From contig JBHGNT010000022.1 of NCBI GenBank assembly GCA_043228905.1, positions 10,540,001-10,604,000 of the forward strand: a stretch of DNA of 64,000 nt. Direction: 5' to 3'. Shown here one piece after another: positions 22,701-34,100 of the stretch. Position 1 is the stretch's first letter; every line of letters begins with the position of its first letter. Both the position numbers and the translations under genes were made by a program. Under the pieces are notes generated by a model that was not told where the DNA came from, searched no databases, and saw only the letters and a list, made by a program, of their open reading frames with translations. Source of the DNA: Azolla caroliniana. Taxonomy: Eukaryota > Plantae > Polypodiophyta.

Positions 22701-25700
22701 CACAATTGAAATGTTTTGACCAAATGTATTTATGAATCAAATTTACATAATCTCAATATTTATGCATCTCATTGTTAAACATAGGAATAGAACAATTGCC
22801 AAAAGGTTTTTATATTAAGAAATCATGCATAATGAGGTACAATTGAGCATATATGCTAATCCAAATATATTTGTGGGGTGTCGTAAGTTAGTATTAGTAA
22901 AGAACACTTACAACACTTCAAGGGATAGCAAATTGCTCAAATCAGGGACTGGTCCTTCCAAAGCATTCCCATCTAGAAGTCTGCATGACGTTGTGGTTGA
23001 TCATATTTTTTGCATGATTTTGAAAATTGTCTCAAAATAGTTATATGTCTCTACATAAAAAGTGTATAAACTTTATCTTACATTTGAACTAGTTGATCAA
23101 GATTGTTGATAGTCGAGGGGAAATCTCCAGCTAGGTTATAATTAGATAAGGATCTGTGATCAACAAATTATGTCGGTGAATACATGTGGATTTTCTGGTG
23201 GACATAATGTGAATTCTATACTTTTGAATATAGTGTACCCACATAGATGTTACCCTGGGAGGAGAAGTATTCTCATTACAACCTATCCATGAGTATTTGT
23301 AATCCAATGGCAAACATGGATCTCCCTTGAAGATACTCATATTTGATAAGGTAGTTGTTATACCTTGAATGCCCAATTCTGTTCAAATAGAATCAACAGA
23401 TGTTACTCAAGGTTTTGGCCAATAATATGGAAGACATTTGAAAGTCTAAATAAAAGACTAACACATATATCGCTCACACTACAAGGTTGGTGAATTGTAA
23501 GTGTGAGAAAATCCAAGTGTAGACATATATGTATAATATGTATAAAGGGCTAGCTACCAATATCTGCACGTACAAATCATAACCTACATGATAAATATTC
23601 ATGAGTTTATACTTATCATACATTTTAGTCTTGCACAAACTAGTGTACACATGAATAGTCTCTAATAGTTCGGTTTTATTTTTACGAGTTTATTCTTTTC
23701 CAAACCAAACCGATTAAGCATTAACCGGTTTGATAGTTTTCAAACTTGAACCAAACCGGTTCTTAAATTGGTTAACGCTAAACTGGTTTAACGTCATGGT
23801 TCAGGCTTGCATTCAGCCGTTGCCAACTTCTATTTCAAATCAATCGTGAGATGCTTATTCTTAAGAGTGCACTTATATTGGAAGAAATATTTAAAGAAGA
23901 AGCTTTCTTTATAAAACGAAATTATCCATGAACGTTATGGAAAGCATGCTTAGCTATTTATCCATACAAGATAAGGAAGCACATACCATCGTTGGATGAG
24001 GTAGAGACAACCATGGGGTTGTCAAACACTTGCATGACTTCGAGCGCGGCGAGAAAAGGGAGATATATGGCGGATGGGGAAGGCGTGAGGGTGATAAGGA
24101 CATAGTTGACGTAAGGGCCAAATGCACTAGATGTGAAAAACGAGTGCCAATTGTAGCGTCCAAAACTCAAGTCGAACACATCAACGTTCTTGACGTTAGG
24201 TACTCCATTAAAACTAACATCAAAGACACGACCGGTTGTGACTTGAGGATCTAGTTCCACAAAGAACAAGTTGATGTAGTAACGGTGGGTTCCAGGAATG
24301 CTAAAGTTGTATATCAGCCCAGCCGTCGTGGTGGCCATCACATTTGATTGCATCACCACCATCGGCACGGCATCTGGCATGCCTGATACGTCTACGGTGT
24401 TGCTCGTCACGTTCGTGGGGCTCGTGGGGCCGATTGTCGATGTGAACCAGAACCTATCTAAACTATCGGTTGGGAATCTACAATGTTGAACCATGTTATT
24501 TTGATTAGTCTGAATGTACAAACTAATTGGTGACATTCATATCACATTGAAAGGCCCACTTCCGCTTTCACATTTGTTTGTAGTATCCTTGCTTGTAAAT
24601 ATTTGTTTTCTTGGTTTTCGCTTAAATTTCTTGTCAACCACAAGAAATAATATGGGGTAATATATGAATAAGTAAAAAATATGCATAGCGAATGCATTTG
24701 TATCACCATATTTTTCCTTCTTGCACCAAAAAACATGATCAAGTTGTTTGTGAAAATTGTTGCATAAAAATATTCACAATATGACTTCTTAATATACTTT
24801 TCTTCCTACGCAAAGGAAACAAAAGTTTACAACAAAATGTTTTGTGATGCACTTGCACTTGAATTTGTTGGTCAATCTTTTACAATGAAATCAATAACTT
24901 CATAAGTTGACTTTTTAACAATCACAATGAAATCTAAAGAATTGTATAACAATATGCATGTATCCAATAATATCATCATATAAAATATATAGTGTGTCAC
25001 ACCATTAATATATATGCAAATTATGAATCCTAAGTTGTGACACCATGAGAGAAATGATCAAGTCTTATATATTTTGTTATTTTATAGCTGAAAATATGTT
25101 ATTTGCCCAATTCATGCATATTTGATAATTATCTAAGTTCTAGATCTAATCTTTAGGTTCTATGATGCACTGCTTAATGATGTGACTTTGTTGGGCTATT
25201 GGTATGTCTTATCATGGAAAGGGGCCTTGCATTGACACATTGACACAATGCTAAAACGATCTTGTTCTACCTTGTTTCATGGGACAAATGGAACATTGAG
25301 CAAAGAATTCTTCATCAAACTTGCATATTCCATATGATCTACATATGTTGATCCATATTTTTTCATTCCACTAGTGGTTTCAAAATATAGGCTTTAACAT
25401 TTTGTCAAATGTTGCCTATCCAAAATATATCAAAAGACTTGTTAATTTCTTATCAATTTGGAGGATAATTGAGAAAAATCTTCGTATAAAGTGAATTGAC
25501 TCTCCACGTTGGAACTTGGAAGCCATATTTTGTTGTGTGTGAAGATTAATGCACACAAACTTTACCATACAAACATTTTAATATGACCATAAGCTCCTTT
25601 GAGATGCGTGTAATGTGTATTGCCCAACCAACAATATGTATGATATGTATCATGTGGATAGAGTAGGTGACATAACTTCTTTCACAACTATAGTTTGTGC

Positions 25701-26454
25701 TTGGTGCTTTAGTTTTTGTATGCAATGCCTTGTTTATTTACCTGATAATGGGCGGGCTGTTATTCGCGGCACCCAAGTCGTATCGGACAATGGCCTGTAG
25801 GGCGCTGTTAGAGCTCTTCAAGACTTTGATGGCGTTCAATTTGTCGACTAGAGGTCGCAATTCGATACTGTTGACAAATGGGGCATCGCTCACATCAGAC
25901 TCCGCCGAGAAGCATAGGTTCACCGATGTGCTCCCATTGAGAGCTTGCACGTAGAACTCCTCCACGAACATAGTTATTTGCGGGAGCGAGACATCGATCT
26001 GCGGCCCGACGTAGCTGTCAATGATGAAATGGAAACTGAGGACCCCGGGCACACGCGTCGAGGCCAATGCGAGGTTCGTGCCACACCACAAGGAAACACG
26101 GATCAAGTAGTACTTGTTGGCTTGGGCAGGGAGGGAGTAGCAAAACTTGGAAGGGCTAGGGGACCCAGCTAATTCCCGAGGGGGTTTGAAGTATCGGAAT
26201 GACTGGTATTGCTTCTGGTTGGCCAATTGGGACAATGGGGTACCGGGGGTGGAGGTGGTCGACCAATGAGTTATTTCGGGCCATAAGATGGTGTCCGGGG
26301 TCCATACGATGCCGGTTGTTGGGTCGGTGTAATTAGCGGTCTCCGTGGATCCGACATCAATGCTGAGGAATTCGGGAGGGGAAATGGCGGACATCGGCGG
26401 AGACGTGACACTAGCTACAATGAGAAGGAGGAGGAGGGGTGAGTATAGAGCCAT
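19720..26454 (-). CDS. Malectin-like-domain LRR receptor-like kinase (LRR-I / SYMRK-SHRK-IOS1-type architecture), 14 exons, about 950 aa
   Basis: Exons: 26454-25742, 24477-23987, 23378-23243, 23153-23082, 22980-22912, 22697-22626, 22555-22484, 22350-22106, 21370-21159, 21029-20906, 20737-20672, 20562-20379, 20195-20057, 19977-19720. All introns are GT-AG and the exons total 2853 nt with consistent phases. Domains: signal peptide, FLSID/RYF/NSIELRP and RFPTD..DRFW malectin-like motifs, GDPC, 69-72-nt LRR exons, TM helix, and kinase motifs [41 protein letters not shown]. Confidence 0.93.
23665..23815. repeat. AACCG/CGGTT-rich decayed MITE-like remnant in intron 2 of the kinase gene
   Basis: Cluster of TTCGGTT, AAACCAAACCG, AACCGGTT and AACTGGTT motifs. 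No clear TIR or TSD. Confidence 0.4.
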
Positions 26455-28188
26455 GAGACAAAAATGAGAGTCTTAAGAGTATGATTGGAGGAAGCTTTCT
26501 CAATTTGATTTAATATGAAGGCACACATTGTTTGCTTTTCTTTGTTTAGTTCCGAGTTGACTTTGTGCCATCATTTTGTCAACAATGTCCTAAGACATGC
26601 TCCATGCACATTTTGCTAAAGTATTATGTAGTTGTCTTCGTCCAGATATAAAAAAACAAATCTCAAGTGTAGCCATTCCCCTAGTGTAGCTAAACAACTA
26701 TCCATGTTTCCTTCTGCGAATATCTCCTTTGAACGGTGGTAACCCTAAATGCCACTTTTTCAATGGTGTTGCATTTTGAATGTTAATCATACTTCTTAGG
26801 TAGGATTTGACTCTTTTTATTGTGTTATTTAATACACATACACATAGAACCTCTAGAAATGTGCATTATTGTCAACCATACTCCCCAAACGTGAACTTTA
26901 ATATATACCAAAAGTACATTTATCTTTGACATTTGATATAAGTAGCATGTGATAATAAGTACATTTTGCTAGTAATTACTAACTCAAAGAACATCCTATT
27001 TGTCGTTAGTTCTACTAACATATTGTCATCTTAACTCTGCCCCTCATTTGCATGATGATTTGTATTATGCAAATTTATGATGGGTTATAGATTGGATGCA
27101 TATATTATGAGGGTCTAATTTATGTAAATAACGTGAAATGTTCTGTAAAACTATAAAATCGATCGCATTGCACCTGATCTCCAACTTCAAAGGCAAACTA
27201 TGTTATAGAGAATAGAGCTTTACAATTGTGGTTTATATATGCCTTGATATTGTCAAACTTACCAAATGGTATGTGAAGATCAAAAGTGTCTTTGGGTAAC
27301 ACATGAAATACTCTTTGACTTAGATCCCCAGAAATAATGCATACATTTGGAGCACATCTTCTAAAATGCATGGTACATAATGCACATCCCAGGTTGAAAT
27401 CTCATTCTTTCTTTTCTTTTCTGTGTTGAAATATCATTCTTTCTCTCCCTCTCCCTCTCTCTATGTGGTTTTCTATTTTTGTTTCTCTTAATGGTAACCA
27501 AGTTAATGCATATAATGGCTCTCATAGTGTTAGCTGCCAAAATAAGAGATTTAGGGATAAAATCGCCCAAGAAACCATAGGAAATAGACGAATTCAAGAA
27601 GAAAGTGATGGGAACTATCCGAATTCAAAATGATGGTTCTAATGTTACTCAAACTGATGTTGGAACAAGCTATGTATTGAAAGGATTTATGCTCATAGTT
27701 AAATTGCAAATATCCGACAACACAAATAGAAATTAGACTACACATTTTTTATGCGGAAAAATCCCAAATCAGGGAGTGTACTTTGGCCAACAAAGTTTCA
27801 CTATGAGTGGAGTGTACAGACCAAAACAGTTTTCAGAGCTTACAACTCTCTGTAACGAAGGTTGACCCATGAGAGTACAACAATAGTACGAATTTCACAA
27901 CACAATGTATAGAATGAGTAAACCTGATTCGGGATATGGTATACACCAGGTCGTTGTTTGAAACCTTGACTAGGGTTTCAGCCTTCACCAAGAAACCCTT
28001 TTCTTCCTTGTCTTTATTGTTTTACCTCTGTCTCCTTTTCTTTCTCATTTCACTTTCTTTCTTTGTTCTTCTCTATTTCACTCTTACTCTCACTCTTACT
28101 CTCACTCTATTCTTTGCTTCGCGTTCTCTATTCTCTCTTCTTCTTCTTCTTCTTCTTCTTCTTCTTCTTCTTCTCTCTCTCTCTCTCT

Positions 28189-28939
28189 CAAATGGACGGG
28201 AAAGGAAGCACATGTATGGATAAGCGATATGTTTAATAATGCATTGCAACATGGTATGTCATACAATTGGACCACAAATTGGATCAAACCATGATGGTTC
28301 GATACATCCATTATACATCCAAATAGTTTTGCCATTAATGAGCCAACCATTATGGTTCGATAGTTGCGAGATACTTGCTTCATGATGCATCACTAGATTT
28401 CTCTGTAAATTAGGCCTATTTGCAACACCAATGGATCATGACATGGGACAAATGTGGAGGCTCATGCTTCACACATTATACTACACATGTTGCACCCAAC
28501 TACAAAACCATATTCTTTGCGGAAAAGGGAAATCGTACACATCGATACATGTTAGAGCCCATACTGTTATCTTCCATTTGAACCATTGCTTCCATGCGAC
28601 TTAGCTCACATGCACTGCGATGTGAGACAGGGTGTTGGAGCACAAGTGATGAGAGTGGTGGGCTATGCACACTTTGCCATAAACAAGTTTGAGAATCTGA
28701 GTATCACACTTTGGTACAATGCTCTGCCTTTGATCATATTCGACCATGCTTTCCACATCTCTTCGACCGAGCCGAATCCTTGCATGAATTCCTCTCACAA
28801 CAACAATGTGCACTCTCGATTGCAACATTCATTGGTAAAGTTCTTGAACATCGAGAGTCACTACTCACTTTCACACGTATTACGTGAAATGTAATATTTT
28901 TGGTCTGCTAGGTCATATTTGACCTCCGAATACGATAAT

Positions 28940-28972
<33 letters not shown>
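28189..28972 (+). mobile_element. Internally deleted, partly inverted copy of the 1-9805 LINE family, inserted in a (CT)n tract
   Basis: 28189-28292 matches about 5068-5172. About 28312-28365 is the reverse complement of about 5205-5260. 28366-28945 matches about 9208-9790. (CT)n flanks both sides. Confidence 0.85.
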
Positions 28973-28975
<3 letters not shown>

Positions 28976-29062
28976 TATTCTTCTCTCATGCTTCTCCTAG
29001 AGTCCCATTATGTGCTCTCACTCTCAAGTAAAATATTCCTATGTCTTCTAACTATGTATACA

Positions 29063-29095
<33 letters not shown>

Positions 29096-29266
29096 GTATA
29101 TATGTATTTGAACATTAGTCTGATTCCATTCGGTCGACTCTCATCTAATCAACTCTCATTCGGCCAACTCTCATTCGACCGACTCCATTCAGTCTCTCGG
29201 CCAGCCAACCCTTGGTTGGCCTCTCGGCCGATTTCGGCTTTTCAGCCGTCTCCCCGGTGAGGAGGG

Positions 29267-29747
29267 TGTTGAGAATCAAGCTCAACATAACACAACGTGT
29301 GAACACACCTTTTGAGAATCCATGATTACTCAAAGGTCAAGAGTCACACCAGTACTCTCTACACATTAACTATGTGTCATAGAATCATATTCTATGACAC
29401 ATAACTAATGAGTTACATATTCCCCATGATTATGAGTCTTCACATTCCCCAAGAGAGAGAGTGGTTGTTGTAGTTAGTTAATGAAGAGAGAGGGTGGCTA
29501 TATATAAAGCACCCTCCTCACACTTCATACTAAGTCGGTTGTGACTCCTTGTAATGCTACATTTTTGTATCTCTTATTCTACTTGTGAATATACATCTTC
29601 TTCTTGAGTACTTCATTGTGTTCTTATCTATCTATCTTCTGTTCTCTCTTCTCTCCTCTGTTTTTCTCCCTCTCACACACACACACACACACACACATAA
29701 CACACATATCTATTCTGCTGCACAAGAATCACCATCGATTCTTTACA
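29267..29747 (+). mobile_element. Solo LTR of the 40261-52896 Copia family
   Basis: TGTTGAGAATCAAGCTCAAC...GATTCTTTACA; TSD GAGGG/GGGGG (one mismatch). Removal restores the host LTR end. Confidence 0.88.
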
Positions 29748-30985
29748 GGGGGACATGTTTTCATAACAACTTCCCCCTTCACTCCTCTATGGGGAAAGTT
29801 GATCAGACCAGTCTTTCGCCGACAAACAATGAGTTTTTCCATTGACAAAATTTTAGTAAGCATGTCGGATCCATTTTCATCGATATGGATCTTTGCTAAA
29901 ACAAACTCATTTTCATCCACTCTCTCTCGTTACCAGTGATACCGTCTCTGAATGTGCTTTGTACGAGAGTGATAGGCAACATTCTTGGCTAGGTGGATGG
30001 CACTCTAATTATCGCTATGAAGTAGGAATTTTTCTTGCTTCATTCCTAGTTCACTTAGAACTCCCTCATCCAAATCAATTCTTTTCCAGCTTCCACTGCA
30101 ACCATATACTCAGTCTCTATGGTCGACAAACCCACAAACTTTTGCAATCTTGATTGCCATGACAAAGCTCCCCCCGAATAAGTCATCACATACCTTGATG
30201 TGGATCGGCTGGAATCTACATCACCAGACATATCAGAATTTGTGAAACCTTCGAGCATAGGTTTCCCAAAGCCATATATAAGGCACACACTTGAAGTACC
30301 TTTGAGGTATCTGAGTATCCATTTTATGGCTGCCCAATGCTCCTTTCCAGGATTACTCATGTAATGACTAACTGTTCAAACAACAAATGCAATGTTTGGC
30401 CTCATGCAGACCATAATATACATTAGGCTCCCAATAGCTGAGGCATACGACACCCTCCTCACCTGTCCCTTATCTTTCTCAGTTTTTGGACATTGTCCTG
30501 AATTTAGCTTACATTTCACTGACAATGGAGATCCCACATATTTTGCATTATACATGTTAAACCTTTGCAAAAATTTCATCACATATTTCTCTTGTGACAG
30601 CCATAGCATGTTTTTAGTCCTGTCCCGGACTGTATGCATCCCCAAAAATTGTTTTGCCAGTCCTAAGTCCTTCATGGCAAAGGATTTGCTCAAAGCTTTC
30701 TTCAAGCTTGCAATCTACTTAGCATTCTGTCCAACAACTAACATATCATCCACATACAACACGAGAATCAAAAAATCGCCTTCATCATACTTTTTCACAA
30801 ACACACAATGATCGGCTTGTGTTTTGTGGAATCCATGTTCCAACATGAATGACTCAAACTTCTTATACCATTGTCAAGGAGCTTGCTTTAGGCCATACAA
30901 GCTCTTCCTCAACCTACATAAAAGATTCTCTTTTCCTTTCACCTCAAAGCTGTCTGGTTGTTGCATATAGATTTCCTCTTCCAAC

Positions 30986-31180
30986 TCACCATGCGAGAAT
31001 GTTGTTTTAACATCCAACTGTTCAATTTCTAGATTCATATTGGCAACCATTCACCATGCAAGAATGCTGTTTTAAGATCCAACTGTTCAATTTCTAGATT
31101 CATATTGGCAACCATTCACCATGTGAGAATGTTGTTTTAACATCCAAATGTTCAATTTCTAGATTCATACTGGCAACCAT
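30986..31180 (-). repeat. 65-bp x3 tandem triplication inside the Copia RT (QLDVKT.F.HG motif)
   Basis: Units start at 30986, 31051 and 31116. Confidence 0.92.
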
Positions 31181-34100
31181 ACTCAAAACAGTCCGGATGG
31201 AAGTCATCAAAATCAAAACCATTTTTTTGTTGAAAGCCCTTCACCACAATACGGGCCTTATACCTAGGTGTATTTCCATTGTCTCTAGTTTTTACTTTGT
31301 AGACCCATTTGTTTCTAACTGCCTTCTTTCCCTTAGGCAACTCCATTAGCTCATAGGTGTAATTCTCATGCATGGAATCCATTTCCTCCTGCATGGCATT
31401 ATACCACTTCTCCTTGTGTTCATCTGTCATGGCTTCTTCATAGCAATCTGGATCACCTTCATCAGTCACTAGAAAATATTGACTGGTTGGATACCTAGAG
31501 GAGACCTTCCTATGCCTACGTGGGTATCTCCTTTCTTGGGTCACCGACTCAGATTCGTTCTTTTCTACCAGATCATCTTCCGGATTAGGTTCATGTGTAT
31601 CAATATGTTGTTCTGTACTGTCTGGCTCAAATTCGGTTTCATCAACCGGTTTTTGTCTCCTGGCCGGTTGTGGGAAAGAGGGATCGGCTAGTGCTGACTC
31701 CATAACAGCAACCAGTTGAGAAGATGAGATTGTTTTTTATTGTTTCCATTCTTTAATAATCTTGTCTTCCATGAATATGATGTCACGGCTCCGTACTACC
31801 TTCTTATCAAGGAGATCCCACAACCTATAGACGAACTCATCATCCAAGTACCCCCAAAAGAAGCATGGTTTGGACTTGCTGTCCAACTTTGACATCTGAT
31901 CTTTTGCCACATGCATATATGCTAAGGATCCTAACACTCTTAAGTGCTGATAAGAGATACTTCTTCGTGTCTACACCCTCTGTGGGATATCACCCCTTAG
32001 AGGCATTGAGGGAGACCTGTTTATAAGAAAAATTGTCGTCAATATTGCCTCAATCCAATATAATTTCGGAAACTTTGCATGTGACAACATGCTTCTTACC
32101 CTTTCTATTATGGTCCGATTCATTCTCTTTGCTAAACCATTCAGCTCGGGTTTCTTTGGCATTCAATACCCAAGTTTAATGCCTTGAGTCTTGCAATACA
32201 TCTCAAATTGGCCTCTCTACTCACCACCATTATCTGTTTGGACAACTTTCAACTTCAGTTTAGATTCTCTTTCTGCCCTTGCATGAAACTCTTTAAAGAC
32301 CGACAACACTTGGTCTTTAGAATTCAACACGAAAGCCCACAACTTTCTACTGAAGTCATCAATGAATGTCACAAAGTATTGTCCACTGCGGTGCAATGGA
32401 GCACCCACATAGCACACATATGTGTGGACCAATTTTAGGGCACATTCCCTTCTCATCGGAGGTCTAGAGTGAAAGGAAACTCTGTTTTGCTTTCTAGCCA
32501 AACAATCCACACATTTCTCAAGATGTATGCCTTTCACTTTTGGTAGGAGATCATTTTCAACAAGGATATGCATTCCCCTTTCGCTCATGTGGCCAAGCCT
32601 TTTATGCCACAACTCATCATTTGAGTCGGCCACTACATTTGCATCATCTCGGCACAATTTTGCATGCACTACATACAATGTGTTCAGTTTTTGAGTTCGA
32701 TCCACAATTAGAATCCCTTTACAGAACTTCCATGGACCATTATGAAAGCCACCACTGTAGATCTTATCGTCCAACTAATATCAGATTCAATCTGACATTC
32801 GGAACATGGCGTACATCCTTCAACATTAACCTGCAGCCAGTAGATGTTAACAAGCACACATTTCCTATACCTACAATCTTGCATTGACCGTCGTTCCCCA
32901 TCCTTACGTAACCATAGTCACCGGTTGTGTAAGATGAGAAATAGTCTCTTTTGGGAGTTAGGTGAAATGATGCACCAGAATCAACTACCCAAAAGCACTC
33001 AACATTGGCAAGATTCACACTAGCTTGTTCACAAATGAATAACAACTCTTCGTTAATGGTTGTAATGGCTGCAGTGTTCTTATCATCATAATTTTTTCTA
33101 GGTTCAACATCATCAACGATGCCTTTGTCTTGCTTAAGATATTAACAATTTCTTTGGAAATGACCCGGTTTCCCACAATAGAAACATGTGGGTCTTCCTC
33201 TGGACTTTGACCTTGCATAAGACTTGTCTCTGTTTTCAAGACTCCTATGTTTACTTCTTCCTCTAGTAACCAAGGTTTTGTGCCAAATTTGCTTCCGATT
33301 CAAACAATGAACATTTATCCTTGTTTCTTCATTTAGAATGCTCGGTTTTACTACTTGTAAAGAAAAGTTGTGTTCTTTACATGAGGTACTAAGTGACAAT
33401 ATTAGATTCTTCCAATTGTCTGGTAGAGTACATAGTAGTAGTGTAGCTTGCAGAGCATCATCTAATGGGAACTTTGCTGATGCTAACTGGTTTACTAGAC
33501 CCATGAAAGTACTTGTGTGCACCACGATGCTATCACCGGAGTTGTTCGCCGGACCTAACGCTTAGACAAATAGAATATATTATTAGAAGTGTTAAAGAAA
33601 CGCATGTAATGGTTCACGCTAGGAGCGTAACGGACTAAAAGCCCTGTGTATATAAAGCGGAAATTCTTTGTAAAGAGCTAGCGTGTATTTTGGGAGCTAC
33701 CCTTTTGGTAATAGAGTACTATCTTCTCTGATTCTCGTGTCTGTGTAAGTCGTCTATTGCTTCGGTGTAGTACCCTGTTGGTAACTGTGGACTAGTAAGC
33801 GTAGGGTGAGTGTGTATATGAGATTACGCATTGGTGAGCTTCGGTTGTAGCCGTCTCCCTTCACACCCCGACGATACGTGTTACTTCGTAAGCTTGTTAC
33901 GCTTTGTGCACCTACAGATCTATTCCTTGCACCGCAATCACCTTGAAGTCTACCTCGAAGGACTGAGAGTAGTCAATGTTCCTAATCGGTAACACTTTTG
34001 GCACGCCGGGTGGATTTGTGGTTCAACACAAATGAGCAGCAAGGTATGGATGACTAGCCATAGATAAGCCAGAGAACCGACCCGACAAGACCGATCACTG

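Larger units (their letters stand above)
27678..33530 (-). mobile_element. Ty1/Copia (Tnt1/Tork-like), degenerate; 3' LTR 27678-29768 is split by two insertions and gag is cut by the Gypsy at 33531
   Basis: PPT (ACTTCCCCCTTC on plus) at 29769. RNase H KIHIDENGSDMLTK; RT MSNPGKEHWAAIKWILRYLKG; INT WHKRLGH, FIDDFSRK; protease WVVDSGASFH; knuckle CFYCGKPGHFQRNC. Confidence 0.9.

Noticed and set aside
19720-26454. Naming the kinase SYMRK/DMI2
   Set aside because: The architecture is shared by the whole LRR-I group; orthology needs a phylogeny.
26550-27325. Three TTGACT W-boxes upstream of the kinase gene
   Set aside because: A 6-mer at this density in AT-rich DNA cannot be distinguished from chance by eye.
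27936-28223. Leu-rich ORF and the antisense poly-Glu ORF
   Set aside because: They are products of (CTT)n and (CT)n microsatellites in an LTR.
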